NCBI GenBank assembly: GCA_963835715.1
Contig: CAWIGN010000003.1
Span: 258,219 to 322,218, forward strand
Direction: 5' to 3'
Length of the DNA: 64,000 bases
From: an uncultured Alphaproteobacteria bacterium
GTDB taxonomy: Bacteria; Pseudomonadota; Alphaproteobacteria; Micropepsales; Micropepsaceae
A program made the translations under genes and the position numbers. The notes beneath the pieces were generated by a model. It ran no database searches and was not told the DNA's origin. It saw only the letters and a program-made list of their open reading frames with translations. Of this stretch, positions 1 through 10,466 are shown piece after piece; position 1 is the first letter of the stretch; the number at the start of each line of letters is the position of its first letter.

Positions 1-316
1 CCTTGCGCGCCGCATGCGGCTCGATCAGCAGGCGGAACTCGAACAGCTCGTCCAGCTGGGCCCGGCCCATGCGCGGGCTGGTGGCATAGCCGGCGAAATG
101 GCGCTTGCTGACCAGGCCATTGGCTTCCAGCATGGACAGCGCCTCGCGGATGGGGGTCTGCGACACGCCCAGTTCCCGCGCCAGACTGTCCACCGAAACC
201 CGGGTCTCGGGCGGCAGCCGCAGCGACATGATATCGGCCCGGATACGGCGATAAACCTCTTCCGCCAGGCCGGAGGGACGCACGATCAGGCGCTCCGCTT
301 CGCTTGACGAAGACAT
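1..316 (-). CDS. GntR (FadR/FCD) family transcriptional regulator, runs off window start
   Basis: Hand translation MSSSSEAERLIVRPSGLAEEVYRRIRADIMSLRLPPETRVSVDSLARELGVSQTPIREALSMLEANGLV... is a GntR wHTH followed by the FCD start (ELFEFRLLIEP); divergent from the dehydrogenase operon. Confidence 0.9.
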   Translation of the reverse strand, partial: MSSSSEAERLIVRPSGLAEEVYRRIRADIMSLRLPPETRVSVDSLARELGVSQTPIREALSMLEANGLVSKRHFAGYATSPRMGRAQLDELFEFRLLIEPHAARK

Positions 317-354
317 GAAGGGAATTTTTCCCACAGAAATGCTCTTTTTTGCCA

Positions 355-401
355 TTGACCGGACAGAGCATAACCCATACGGTCCCCAGATCCTATAGGA
401 T
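355..401 (+). promoter_or_regulatory. Putative sigma70 promoter (TTGACC-N17-TACGGT) and GntR operator palindrome ATCCTATAGGAT (390-401)
   Basis: Perfect 12-bp palindrome between divergent GntR gene and operon; resembles FadR-subfamily operators. Confidence 0.55.
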
Positions 402-410
402 ATTTGATCG

Positions 411-1436
411 GTGCTGGTCCCCGTCGAGGAAATCCGCAAGCTGGCCGAGGGCATCCTGCTCGCCAACGGCGTGCCGGCCGACCATGCGCGCACCCAGGCG
501 GGCCTGTTCCTGGAAGCGGAAATGCGCGCCATCCCCAGCCACGGGCTGCTGCGCCTGCGCCGGGTGATCGAGCGCATCCATGCCGGCCTGGCGGTGCCCG
601 GCACCGCCGGCAAGCAGGTATGGACCGCGCGCAGCTTCCTGGCGGTGGATGGCGAGCGCGGCCTTGGGCCGGTCGTCGCCATGGCGGCGCTGGACACCAT
701 CGTGCCGCGCGCCCGCGAAGACGGCATCGCCATCGCCGCCATCCGCAACACCAACCACCTGGGAGCCCTGGCCTATTACGCCGAGCATGTCGCGGGCCTG
801 GGCCTGACCTGCATTGCGCTCACCATCTCCGAAGCGCTGGTGCATCCCTATGGCGGACGCAAGGCGATGATCGGCACCAACCCGATCGCCATCGGCGTGC
901 CGGCCACGCCCCATCCCATGGTGCTGGACATGGCCACCGGCCTGGTTTCGATGGGCAAGATTCACGACCACGCCAATCGCGGCGCCCCGATCCCGCTGGG
1001 CTGGGCGCTGGACGAGAATGGCGATCCCACCACCGATGCCAGCGCCGCCAAGAAAGGCGCCATCGCGCCCTTCGGCGGCGCCAAGGGATACGCCCTGGGC
1101 ATCGCCTTCGAGGTGCTGGTGGCCAGTCTGGCGGCATCGGCGATCGGCACCGACGTGAAGGGCACGCTGGATTCGGTGGCGGTCAGCAACAAGGGCGACC
1201 TTTTCATCGTCATCGCCCCGCCGCACGCCGAAGCCGCCAAGGCGCTGGTGACGGACTATCTCGACAGCATCCGCAGCGCCGCGCCCGCCGATCCCGAACA
1301 TCCCGTGCTGGCGCCGGGCGACCGCGCCCACAAGGTGCGGGCGCAATCGGAAAAGCGCGGCGTCTATCTCGACGACGGGCTGTGGGCCGATCTGCAGAAG
1401 CTGGCGGCGGAATCTCGAAAGGAAAAATTGTCATGA
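411..1436 (+). CDS. Ldh_2 family (ComC/AllD/DpkA-like) oxidoreductase
   Basis: SHGLLRL, NTNHLGAL, GTNPIA, LDMAT, FGGAKGYAL motifs. Confidence 0.9.
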   Translation: MLVPVEEIRKLAEGILLANGVPADHARTQAGLFLEAEMRAIPSHGLLRLRRVIERIHAGLAVPGTAGKQVWTARSFLAVDGERGLGPVVAMAALDTIVPRAREDGIAIAAIRNTNHLGALAYYAEHVAGLGLTCIALTISEALVHPYGGRKAMIGTNPIAIGVPATPHPMVLDMATGLVSMGKIHDHANRGAPIPLGWALDENGDPTTDASAAKKGAIAPFGGAKGYALGIAFEVLVASLAASAIGTDVKGTLDSVAVSNKGDLFIVIAPPHAEAAKALVTDYLDSIRSAAPADPEHPVLAPGDRAHKVRAQSEKRGVYLDDGLWADLQKLAAESRKEKLS

Positions 1437-2653
1437 CCGGTCTGTTCGGCGCCTTGCGCCTGCCTGCTTCCGTGGTGTTCGGCTCCGGCCAGCGCGCCGC
1501 CATCGGCATGATGACGGCCCAGATCGGCAAGCGCGCCCTGATCTGCACCGACGCGCGGCTGGGCGGCGACGCCCAGTTCAAGGCCATTGTCGCCGACATC
1601 GAGGCCAATGGCGTGAAAACCATGGTCTATGACCGCACCGAAGCCGACCTGCCGATGCAGGGCATTTCCGGCTGCGTCGCCGAATGCGCCGACTTCAAGC
1701 CCGATATGGTGCTGGGAATCGGGGGCGGTTCCTGCATGGACATGGCCAAGTGCGTGGCGGTGCTGCTGGCCCATGGCGGGTCCTTGCGCGACTATTACGG
1801 CGAGAACAAGATTCCGGGCCCGGTGGCGCCGGTGATCGCGGTGCCCACCACCTCCGGCACCGGCTCGGAAGTCACGCCGGTGGCGGTGATCGCCGATACC
1901 GAGCGCGGCACCAAGGTGGGCATTTCCAGCCCCTATCTGATCCCCCGGGTGGCGGTGTGCGATCCGGAACTGACCGTCAGCTGCCCGCCCGGCCTGACCG
2001 CCGTCAGCGGCGCCGATGCCCTGACCCACGCCATCGAAAGCTACACCGCCGCGCGCCGCGCGGTGACCGCCGACCTCACCGTCAAGAACGTGTTCGTGGG
2101 CAAGAACGCGCTCAGCGACGTCTTCGGCCTCCTGGCGCTGCAGAACATCTTCAAGGCGCTGCGCACCGCGGTGAAGGATGGCCAGAATATCGCGGCGCGC
2201 GAACAGATGATGCTGGCCTCGCTGGCCGCCGGCTGCGCCTTCGGCGCGGCGGGCACGGCGGCGGCGCACGCCATCCAGTATCCGGTGGGCAACGAAACCC
2301 ACACCCCGCACGGCATGGGCGTGGCCCTGCTGATGCCCTATGTGATGGAATTCAACCGCCCCAGCTGCGTCGCCGCCTTCGCCGAGATCGGCCGTGCCAT
2401 CGGCCTGTCCGGCAGCGACGAGGAATTGTCCCACAAGCTCATCGATGAAGTGGCAAAACTGCTGAAGGACATCGGCATTCCCGTCACCCTCAAGGACCTG
2501 GGCCTGCCGGAAGACAAGCAGGACTGGACGGCGGAAAGCGCCATCGGCGCCGCCCGCCTGGTCAACAACAATCCCAGGCTGCTCGACCTGGACGCCATCA
2601 AGGCGATCACCCGCGCCGCCTATTCGGGCGACCGCGCCGCGCTCGCCAGCTAA
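1433..2653 (+). CDS. Iron-containing alcohol dehydrogenase
   Basis: GGGSCMD, PTTSGTGSEVT, DALTHAIE, HAIQY and PHG metal ligands; ATGA overlap with upstream gene. Confidence 0.92.
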   Translation: MTGLFGALRLPASVVFGSGQRAAIGMMTAQIGKRALICTDARLGGDAQFKAIVADIEANGVKTMVYDRTEADLPMQGISGCVAECADFKPDMVLGIGGGSCMDMAKCVAVLLAHGGSLRDYYGENKIPGPVAPVIAVPTTSGTGSEVTPVAVIADTERGTKVGISSPYLIPRVAVCDPELTVSCPPGLTAVSGADALTHAIESYTAARRAVTADLTVKNVFVGKNALSDVFGLLALQNIFKALRTAVKDGQNIAAREQMMLASLAAGCAFGAAGTAAAHAIQYPVGNETHTPHGMGVALLMPYVMEFNRPSCVAAFAEIGRAIGLSGSDEELSHKLIDEVAKLLKDIGIPVTLKDLGLPEDKQDWTAESAIGAARLVNNNPRLLDLDAIKAITRAAYSGDRAALAS

Positions 2654-2674
2654 TCCAACCCCTCAGAGAGTCCC

Positions 2675-4156
2675 ATGACCCACACCGTCACCATCCCCAC
2701 CCCCAAGTCCGGCCCCGCCCCCTTCCCGATCCCCACCGACCTTTGGATCGGCGGCAAATGGGTGGAAGCCGCCAGCAAGAAGCGCGTCGACGTCTTTGAT
2801 CCCTCCACGGCCAGGAAAATCACCGACGTCGCGGACTGCGACGCCAGTGACGCGCTGGCCGCGGTGGACGCCGCCGACAAGGCCGCCGCCGGCTGGGCCG
2901 CGACCACCCCGCGCCAGCGCGCCGAGATCCTGCGCAAGTGCTACGAGAAGATCGTCGAGAATATAGAATGGCTGGCCTATCTGATCAGCCTGGAGAACGG
3001 CAAGGCGCTGCCGGACGCGCGCAGCGAAGTGCTCTATGCCGCCGAATTCTACCGCTGGTACGCCGAGGAAACCTGCCACGTGCTGGGCGAGGTCGCCATG
3101 GCGCCGGCCAGCGGCGCGCGCATCGTGGTGGAATACCAGCCCATCGGCATCGCGCTGCTGGTCACGCCCTGGAACTATCCGGCAGCGATGGCCACCCGCA
3201 AGATCGCGCCCGCATTGGCGGCCGGCTGCACCGTGGTGCTGAAGCCCGCCACCGAGACCCCGCTCACCGCCTTCGCCGTCGCCCAGATCATGCATGACTG
3301 CGGCGTGCCGGCGGGCGTGGTGAATGTGGTCACCACCGCCAGGGCCAGCGTCCTGTCCAAGGCGGTGCTGCACGACCCGCGGGTGCGCAAAGTCTCGTTC
3401 ACCGGCTCGACCCCGGTGGGCCGCGCCCTGCTGCACGAAGCAGCCGACCAGGTGATTTCCTGCGCCATGGAGCTGGGCGGCAACGCCCCCTTCATCGTCT
3501 GCAAGGACGCCAATATCAGCGACGCGCTGGACGGCGCCATGCTGGCCAAGATGCGCAACAGCGGCGAGGCCTGCACCGCCGCCAACCGCTTCTATGTCCA
3601 CAAGGACGTCTACAAGCCCTTCACCGACGGCATCGTCAAGCGCATGTCGGAAATCAAGCTGGGCGAGGCGACCGACCCCGAATCCACCCTGGGACCGATG
3701 GTGAACGAGAAGTCCGTCGCCAAGATCGCCGAACTGGTGGACGATGCCGTGACCAAGGGCGCCAAGCTGCTGCTGGGCGGCCAGCGCCTCAACCGGCCCG
3801 GCTACTACTATCCGCCGACGGTGCTGGCCGACGTGCCCGATGACGCCGATATGATGAAGGAAGAGATCTTCGGACCCGTCGTCTCGCTGCAATCCTTCGA
3901 GGACGAGGCCGAGGCGATCCGGAAGGCCAACGACACCGAATATGGCCTTGCGGCCTACGTCTATACCCAGGACCTCAAGCGCGGCCTCAGGATCTGCGAG
4001 CAGATCGAGGCCGGTATGCTCGCCCTCAATCGCGGCATCATGTCGGACCCGGCGGCGCCGTTCGGCGGCGTCAAGCAATCCGGCCTGGGCCGCGAAGGCA
4101 GCCATCACGGCCTGATCGAGTTCTGCGAGGCCAAGTATATCTCGGTGGCCTGGTAG
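2675..4156 (+). CDS. NAD(P)-dependent aldehyde dehydrogenase, succinate-semialdehyde dehydrogenase-like
   Basis: PWNYP, SFTGST, MELGGNAP, catalytic Cys (GEACTA), EEIFGP, PFGGVKQSG. Confidence 0.92.
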   Translation: MTHTVTIPTPKSGPAPFPIPTDLWIGGKWVEAASKKRVDVFDPSTARKITDVADCDASDALAAVDAADKAAAGWAATTPRQRAEILRKCYEKIVENIEWLAYLISLENGKALPDARSEVLYAAEFYRWYAEETCHVLGEVAMAPASGARIVVEYQPIGIALLVTPWNYPAAMATRKIAPALAAGCTVVLKPATETPLTAFAVAQIMHDCGVPAGVVNVVTTARASVLSKAVLHDPRVRKVSFTGSTPVGRALLHEAADQVISCAMELGGNAPFIVCKDANISDALDGAMLAKMRNSGEACTAANRFYVHKDVYKPFTDGIVKRMSEIKLGEATDPESTLGPMVNEKSVAKIAELVDDAVTKGAKLLLGGQRLNRPGYYYPPTVLADVPDDADMMKEEIFGPVVSLQSFEDEAEAIRKANDTEYGLAAYVYTQDLKRGLRICEQIEAGMLALNRGIMSDPAAPFGGVKQSGLGREGSHHGLIEFCEAKYISVAW

Positions 4157-4204
4157 TTTTGGTGGGTCGCGCAACTTTCGGGCTTCGCCCGGTTGCGCAC
4201 CGGC

Positions 4205-5623
4205 CTATGACGAACAGCTCACTTCCAGGTGGCACATGTCCGGCGGCGGCGGCGCGGCAAAGGCGCCGTCGCCGTCATGCTCATCAAACGGCGCCTGCAC
4301 CAGCCTGAAGACCCGGTCCAGGACGGCGATGTCGCCACGGTCCTCCACCGCGCGGATGGCGCTTTCCGCCACCCAGTTGCGCAGGACATATTTGGGATTG
4401 ACCCGGTTCAGCCCGGACAGGTCTTCGCCCTGGGTGCGCGCCCGGTAGCGTGACAGCCAGGCCTGGGCCTCGGAAGCGGCGGCGCCGAACAGGGCCAGCC
4501 AGCCGGCGTCGTCGCCGGTCAGGTTGCGAAAGCCCAGACTATAGTCGGCCCGCGCCTTCGCCATCACCCGCAGCAGTTCGCCGATCAGCCGGTCGTCACC
4601 CTCTTCCTCGCGGACCAGGCCCAGCTTGGCGCGCATCAGGGCGCGGTAGCGGGCGCGGTAAAGGGATTCATAGCTGTCCAGCGCGGCCACCAGAGTCTCC
4701 TTGGCGAGCAGGCCGGACAGCGCGAAGGCCAGGGCGCGCAGGTTCCAGTGCGCGATGGCCGGCTGCATGTCGAAGGCGTAGCGGCCCTGGGTGTCGGTAT
4801 GGTTGCAGACAAAGCCGGGGTCATAGGCGTCAAGGAATCCGAACGGGCCATAGTCCAGCGTCAGGCCCAGGATGGACATATTGTCGGTATTCATCACGCC
4901 ATGAGCGAATCCCGCCGCCTGCCAGGCCGCCATCAGCTCCGCCGTGCGCTTCACCACATCGGCGAACCAGGCGGCATGATCGCCCGCCAGGCCGCGAAAA
5001 TGCTCCGCGATGACATGATCGGCCAGCTGGCGCACCTGCTCCTGCCGGCCGGAATGGAAGAAATGCTCGAAATGGCCGAAACGCACATGGCTGGGCGCCA
5101 GGCGGGTCAGCACCGCGCCGGGCTCGGCAGTTTCGCGATGGACCTGCTCATTGGTGGCGACAATCGCCAGCGCGCGGCTGGTAGGGATGCCCAGCGCCGC
5201 CATCGCCTCGCTGCAAAGATATTCGCGGATGGTGGAGCGCATCACCGCGCGGCCATCGCCGAAGCGCGAATAGGGCGTTGTCCCGGCGCCTTTGAGCTGG
5301 ATATCCCACAGCGCGCCGGCGGCATTGCGCGCCTGCCCGATCAGCAGGGCCCGGCCGTCGCCCAATTGTCCGGCCCAGACGCCGAACTGGTGCCCGGAAT
5401 AGACCATCGCCAGCGGCGCAAAACCGTCCAGCGGCCGATGGCCCGAGAAAACTTGCGTGAAAAGAGGATCGTGGAAGGACTCAGGATCAAGGCCGATCAG
5501 CGCCGCGGCTCTGGGATTGGCATGGATGAGTCTGGGCTGCACGCCGACCTGCTCGGCCGGCATCGCGGTATAAAACTCGCCCGGCAGGCGCGCGTAGTGG
5601 TTCTCAAGCCTGAGGCCGAACAT
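4205..5623 (-). CDS. selO: Protein adenylyltransferase SelO/YdiU
   Basis: YSGHQFG, LGDGRA, LKGAGTTPYSRFGDGRA, HGVMNTDN, DYGPFGF, C-terminal CSS. Confidence 0.95.
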   Translation of the reverse strand: MFGLRLENHYARLPGEFYTAMPAEQVGVQPRLIHANPRAAALIGLDPESFHDPLFTQVFSGHRPLDGFAPLAMVYSGHQFGVWAGQLGDGRALLIGQARNAAGALWDIQLKGAGTTPYSRFGDGRAVMRSTIREYLCSEAMAALGIPTSRALAIVATNEQVHRETAEPGAVLTRLAPSHVRFGHFEHFFHSGRQEQVRQLADHVIAEHFRGLAGDHAAWFADVVKRTAELMAAWQAAGFAHGVMNTDNMSILGLTLDYGPFGFLDAYDPGFVCNHTDTQGRYAFDMQPAIAHWNLRALAFALSGLLAKETLVAALDSYESLYRARYRALMRAKLGLVREEEGDDRLIGELLRVMAKARADYSLGFRNLTGDDAGWLALFGAAASEAQAWLSRYRARTQGEDLSGLNRVNPKYVLRNWVAESAIRAVEDRGDIAVLDRVFRLVQAPFDEHDGDGAFAAPPPPDMCHLEVSCSS

Positions 5624-6173
5624 CGCTCCAGCCTGCGCGTTTCAGCGCCATGATGCAATTTTCCAGTTCGCCCAGGAAGCGCGAGCGGTCCTGCCTGCCG
5701 AAACCGGCATGACGGGTCTGCCCGTTGGTGATCTCGCGCAAATGCCGGCTGAGGTCCCGCATCCCCAGCGCCATGCCGATGCCCTCGGCGGTGAACGGCT
5801 TGCCGTTCGGGCCCAGCACGCACGCGCCCTTGTCCAGGCATCGCGCCGCCAGGGGAATGTCGGCGGTAATGCAGATATCGCCGGCGGCGATGTGATCGAC
5901 GATCCAGTTGTCGGCGGCATCGGCGCCGTCCGCCACCGTCACATGGCGCAGCAGCGGATTGGCCGACGGGCGCAGGCCCCCATTGCTGACAATGGTGACG
6001 GCCAGGCCATGCCGGGCCGCCACTTTTTCGACTTCCGCCTTTACCGGGCAGGCATCGCCGTCGACGAACACCTGAATGGCCGCTCGGCCGGACTTTGCTG
6101 CGCCGCCACTGGCAACCGCGTCACGGTCGCCAGCGCCCGCTTCGCTTGCCTGGCCGATGGTGCGTGAAATCAA
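5604..6173 (-). CDS. YaiI/YqxD family protein (start uncertain)
   Basis: [24 protein letters not shown] motifs. Confidence 0.9.
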   Translation of the reverse strand: MISRTIGQASEAGAGDRDAVASGGAAKSGRAAIQVFVDGDACPVKAEVEKVAARHGLAVTIVSNGGLRPSANPLLRHVTVADGADAADNWIVDHIAAGDICITADIPLAARCLDKGACVLGPNGKPFTAEGIGMALGMRDLSRHLREITNGQTRHAGFGRQDRSRFLGELENCIMALKRAGWSDVRPQA

Positions 6174-7516
6174 GCCGCGCTTTCCCGCTTCTTGTCCTTG
6201 CCGCGATGCCAGTGCGGCCGCGCGCCATTGCGCTTGGCGGGCGCATGGGGATCGCCATGGGGCAATGCTTCGCGTCCGCCGCCCTTATGGCCATGCGGCT
6301 TGCCCTGCCCCCGATGGTTTTTCGAGTGGCCGTGGGGACGGCGCGGCTCTTCCTGCTGACGGCGCTGTTCCTCGGTCAGTTCCGGCAGATCATGCGCCAC
6401 CGGCTCGATCTTCATGCGGATGATGCGCTCGATGTCGCGCAGATAGGCCCGCTCCGAGGAATCGCAAAAGCTGATCGCGATACCCTGGCCGCCGGCCCGC
6501 GCGGTGCGGCCGATGCGGTGCACATAGGATTCCGGCTCGTTGGGCAGCTCGAAATTCACCACATGGCTGATGTCGTCGATGTCGATGCCGCGCGCGGCAA
6601 TGTCGGTCGCCACCAGCACCCTGGCCTTGCCGGTCTTGAACAAGTCGAGCGCGCGCTGGCGGGCATTTTGCGACTTGTTGCCGTGAATGGCTTCCGCCAC
6701 CACGCCGGTGCGCGACAGATGCTCGGCGACGCGGTTGGCGCCATGCTTGGTGCGGGTGAAGACGATCACCCGGTTCATTGCCACATCCTTCAGCAATTCG
6801 CTGAGCAGCTGGCGCTTTTGCGGCATGGGCACGAAATAGAGTTTCTGCTCGATGCGGTCGGCGGTCTTGCCCTGGGGCGCGACCTCGATCCGTTCGGGCG
6901 AACGCAGCATATCGTGGGTCAGCTTGACGATGTCGTCCGGCATGGTCGCCGAGAACAGCATCGCCTGGCGCTCGCGCGGCAGCATCGCCACCAGCTTGCG
7001 CACGTCGCGGATGAAGCCCATGTCCAGCATGCGGTCGGCTTCGTCCACGATGAAGGTGGTCACCGCGTCCAGCCGCACATGTTTCTGCTGCACCAGGTCC
7101 AGCAGGCGGCCCGGTGTGGCCACCAGGATGTCGACGCCCTTGGACATGTTGCGGACCTGGGTGTTCTGGTTCACCCCGCCCAGGATCACGGTCAGCTTGA
7201 GGTTGAGGAAGCGGCCATAGGTGCGCAGGGATTGCTCGATCTGCACCGCCAGCTCGCGGGTCGGCGCCAGGATCAGCGCCTTGGCCTGCCGGGCCTGGGG
7301 CGGGACATGGCCGATGGACAGTTTCTGCAGCAGGGGGATGCCGAAGGCGGCCGTCTTGCCGGTGCCGGTCTGGGCAATGCCCAGCAGGTCGCGGCCCGAC
7401 AGCAGCGCCGGGATGGCGCGGGTCTGGATGGGGGTGGGGATGGTGTAATTCTCCGCCGCCAAGGCGCGGAGGATCGGCTCGGCAACGCCAAGCGATTCAA
7501 AAGTCACGTCAGTCAC
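6170..7516 (-). CDS. rhlE: DEAD-box RNA helicase, RhlE-like
   Basis: [29 protein letters not shown]; basic C-terminal tail. Confidence 0.9.
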   Translation of the reverse strand: MTDVTFESLGVAEPILRALAAENYTIPTPIQTRAIPALLSGRDLLGIAQTGTGKTAAFGIPLLQKLSIGHVPPQARQAKALILAPTRELAVQIEQSLRTYGRFLNLKLTVILGGVNQNTQVRNMSKGVDILVATPGRLLDLVQQKHVRLDAVTTFIVDEADRMLDMGFIRDVRKLVAMLPRERQAMLFSATMPDDIVKLTHDMLRSPERIEVAPQGKTADRIEQKLYFVPMPQKRQLLSELLKDVAMNRVIVFTRTKHGANRVAEHLSRTGVVAEAIHGNKSQNARQRALDLFKTGKARVLVATDIAARGIDIDDISHVVNFELPNEPESYVHRIGRTARAGGQGIAISFCDSSERAYLRDIERIIRMKIEPVAHDLPELTEEQRRQQEEPRRPHGHSKNHRGQGKPHGHKGGGREALPHGDPHAPAKRNGARPHWHRGKDKKRESAA

Positions 7517-7864
7517 AAAAGTCCTTAAAAACCGTGGGAACGCGCCAAAGGGCGCGGGTTTACGGCTGGTTGCCGTCTTCCACGCACACTGGAGGGAACG
7601 GAGGTCAAAGCTAAGATCCGGCGATGGCAGCGCTCAAAAAGCGCCTTGTGCGGCCGCAGCGGATGGCGGCTTATCCGGGTATTCGCTGCCAATGTCAACC
7701 CGTATTTGCTGCGTTGCAGCATATGGACCGTAACATTTGTGCCGTTAACCCGGTTGCGGGCGGGGTGTTTCTGTAGTCATCATGTCGCAGTTGCCCTCGC
7801 GCAGCCGGGACGGGGGGTGGCTTGGGGTGTCCAAACCGGCAGGGGCGAGCAGCGTCGGTTCACA

Positions 7865-8416
7865 ATGGCATATGGCAATGAGAAGTCCATTTCGCAGGCC
7901 TCTGCGAAGGGCAAGGTGAAGTGGTTTAACGCCACAAAGGGCTACGGTTTCATCACACTCGACAATGGCGGCGATGCCTTTTGTCACGCCAGCGCCTTGC
8001 AGGCGACCGGCCACGCCGACGTGCCGCCGGGCACGACGGTAGTCTGCGACCTGGCCGACAGCCAGCGCGGCCTGCAGGTGGTGTCCGTGCACAGCGTCGA
8101 TGTCTCCACGGCCGAGGCACCTGCCAGGGGCCCGCGCCGCGATTTTGGCGGCGGCGACCGCTTTGGCGGCGGCGGCTATGGCGGGCACCGCGACAGCGGC
8201 CCGTCCGGGCCGATGGTCGAAGGCAAGGTCAAGTTCTTCAACGACCAGAAGGGCTTCGGTTTCGTGATGCCCGACAATGGCAGCGGTGACATCTATCTGC
8301 ATGCCAGCGCATTGCGGCGTTCGGGGGTGCAGGCGGTGGAGCCCGACCAGCGCATCCGCTACTCCACCCGCCAGGGCAACAAGGGCGTGGAAGTCGACCG
8401 GGTCGAGATAATCTGA
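7865..8416 (+). CDS. Two-domain cold-shock protein
   Basis: Two CSDs (GKVKWFNATKGYGFI; GKVKFFNDQKGFGFV) joined by a Gly/Arg-rich linker. Confidence 0.92.
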   Translation: MAYGNEKSISQASAKGKVKWFNATKGYGFITLDNGGDAFCHASALQATGHADVPPGTTVVCDLADSQRGLQVVSVHSVDVSTAEAPARGPRRDFGGGDRFGGGGYGGHRDSGPSGPMVEGKVKFFNDQKGFGFVMPDNGSGDIYLHASALRRSGVQAVEPDQRIRYSTRQGNKGVEVDRVEII

Positions 8417-8420
8417 CGCG

Positions 8421-10286
8421 CTAGACCGGTACGGCCTTGGCCACGCCCGGCGCCACGTCGGGATCGTTTTCCACTTCCTTGAGCTTTTCGCGCGCCGCGG
8501 CGGCTTCACGCTGCTTGTTCCACATCGAGGCATAGTGGCCGCTGCGCGCCAGCAGCTCGGAATGGCGGCCGCGCTCGATGATCTGGCCGTGATCCAGCAC
8601 CAGGATTTCGTCGGCATCCACCACGGTGGACAGACGATGGGCGATCACCAGCGAGGTACGATTCCGCGACACCACATTCAGCGCGCTCTGGATTTCCCGC
8701 TCGGTGCCGGTGTCCAGCGCGCTGGTGGCCTCGTCCAGCAGCAGGATCGGCGGGTTCTTCAGGATGGTGCGGGCGATGGCGACGCGCTGCTTCTCCCCGC
8801 CCGACAGTTTCAGCCCGCGCTCGCCCACCATGGACTCAAAGCCCATCGGCAGTTCCACGATGAACTTGTCGATCTGCGCCAGCCGCGCGGCCTCCTTGAT
8901 TTCGGCCTCATTGGCGCCGATGCGGCCATAGGCGATGTTGTATTTGACCGTGTCGTTGAACAGCACGGTGTCCTGCGGCACGATGCCGATGACGCCGCGC
9001 AGCGATTGCTGGGTCACATCGCGGATATCCTGGCCGTCGATCGTCACCCGCCCGCTTTTGATGTCGTAAAAGCGATAGAGAATGCGGCTGATGGTGGATT
9101 TTCCCGCACCCGACGGCCCCACGATCGCCACCGTCTTGCCGGCGGGCACGGTGAAGCTGATGCCTTTGAGCACGATGCGCTCGGGATCATAGGCGAAGAC
9201 CACGTCCTCGAATTTGATCTCGCCGCCCGAAACCACCAGCGGCTTGGCATCCGGCTTGTCGGTGACCTCCTGGGGCTGATGGAGCAGCCGGAACATGGCC
9301 TCCATGTCCACCAGGCCTTGCGTGATCTCGCGATAGACCGTGCCCAGCAGGTTCAGGGGCTGGTAAAGCTGGATGACGATCAAATTGGCGGCGACGAACT
9401 GGCCCAGCCGCACTTCGCCCGACTTCACCATCATCGCCGCCAGCGCCAGCACGACGCACTGTCCCACCGCCATGATCGCCGCCTGGCCGGTATTGAGGAT
9501 CGAGAGCGAGACCTGCGACTGGATCGAGGCGCGGGAATATTTCTCCATCGAGACATCGAAGCGGCGCGTCTCGTGCATTTCGTTGTTGAAATACTTGACC
9601 GTCTCGAAATTCAGCAGGCTGTCCACCGCCTTGGTGTTGGCGTCGGTGTCGCTCTGATTCATCTCGCGGCGGAAGGCGATGCGCCAGCGGGTGATGGCGA
9701 AGGTGAACCAGGTATAGGCCACCACCATCATGATCGCGGTCAGCGCCACCCAGATATTGAAGGTGTAGAACAACATGCCGCTGTAGATCAGCACCAGGAA
9801 GATGGTGGGAAAGATGCTGAACAGGGCAAAGGACAAAAGCGTATCAATGCCCTTGGTGCCGCGCTCGATCACGCGGCTGAGGCCCCCGGTCTTGCGTTCG
9901 AGGTGAAAGCGCATGGAAAGAGTGTGGACATGGGCGAAGGTCTCCACCGCCACTTCGCGCATGGCGTGATACTGCACCTTGGCGAACACGCCGTCACGCA
10001 GCTGGGCGAATGCCTGCATCAGGATGCGCGCCATCGCATAGGCCGCCACCAGGGCGATCACGATGGCCAGCGAGGCACGCGCCGGGGTGGTGCCGAACTC
10101 GTCCACCGCGGCGCCCAGAAACTGCTGCGAAACCGTGGTGGCGGTGATGGCCAGGACCAGAAAGAAAACGGACAGGATCACCCGCGCCTTGAGGTCGGGC
10201 CGGGTCTTGGGCCACAGATACGGCATCAGCCGCCACAGGGGACGAAACGACGGCGCGCCGCTGCCTTCCTCGACCGGGTGCGCCAT
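8421..10286 (-). CDS. ATM1/HMT1-type ABCB half transporter
   Basis: TMD with FHLERKTGG and DSLLNFETVKYF; GPSGAGKST, LSGGEKQR. Confidence 0.93.
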   Translation of the reverse strand: MAHPVEEGSGAPSFRPLWRLMPYLWPKTRPDLKARVILSVFFLVLAITATTVSQQFLGAAVDEFGTTPARASLAIVIALVAAYAMARILMQAFAQLRDGVFAKVQYHAMREVAVETFAHVHTLSMRFHLERKTGGLSRVIERGTKGIDTLLSFALFSIFPTIFLVLIYSGMLFYTFNIWVALTAIMMVVAYTWFTFAITRWRIAFRREMNQSDTDANTKAVDSLLNFETVKYFNNEMHETRRFDVSMEKYSRASIQSQVSLSILNTGQAAIMAVGQCVVLALAAMMVKSGEVRLGQFVAANLIVIQLYQPLNLLGTVYREITQGLVDMEAMFRLLHQPQEVTDKPDAKPLVVSGGEIKFEDVVFAYDPERIVLKGISFTVPAGKTVAIVGPSGAGKSTISRILYRFYDIKSGRVTIDGQDIRDVTQQSLRGVIGIVPQDTVLFNDTVKYNIAYGRIGANEAEIKEAARLAQIDKFIVELPMGFESMVGERGLKLSGGEKQRVAIARTILKNPPILLLDEATSALDTGTEREIQSALNVVSRNRTSLVIAHRLSTVVDADEILVLDHGQIIERGRHSELLARSGHYASMWNKQREAAAAREKLKEVENDPDVAPGVAKAVPV

Positions 10287-10379
10287 CTATTGCCCCATGT
10301 TCCCGCCGCCAAATGTGACAAATCCCGCGATCAACGCAATCAGGGCCACGGCCCCCAAAATCAACAACCAGCGCGACAT
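10287..10379 (-). CDS. 30-aa single-TM small protein MSRWLLILGAVALIALIAGFVTFGGGNMGQ
   Basis: Hand-read ORF with GGAGAAG SD; its TAG directly abuts the ABC transporter ATG. Confidence 0.6.
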   Translation of the reverse strand: MSRWLLILGAVALIALIAGFVTFGGGNMGQ

Positions 10380-10466
10380 CACTTCTCCATTGGCGCGGGC
10401 GGCGAACCCGTCTAGGAAGACACCGATTTAAGAAGATGCGCGCCCGCGCGCAACCCTGTTGGCGGC

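Noticed and set aside
404-2653. 749-aa ORF as a fusion protein
   Set aside because: The N-terminal half is an off-frame shadow of the Ldh_2 gene; the real start is ATG 1433.
4205-4240. Selenocysteine in SelO
   Set aside because: The gene ends Cys-Ser-Ser-TAG with no in-frame TGA.
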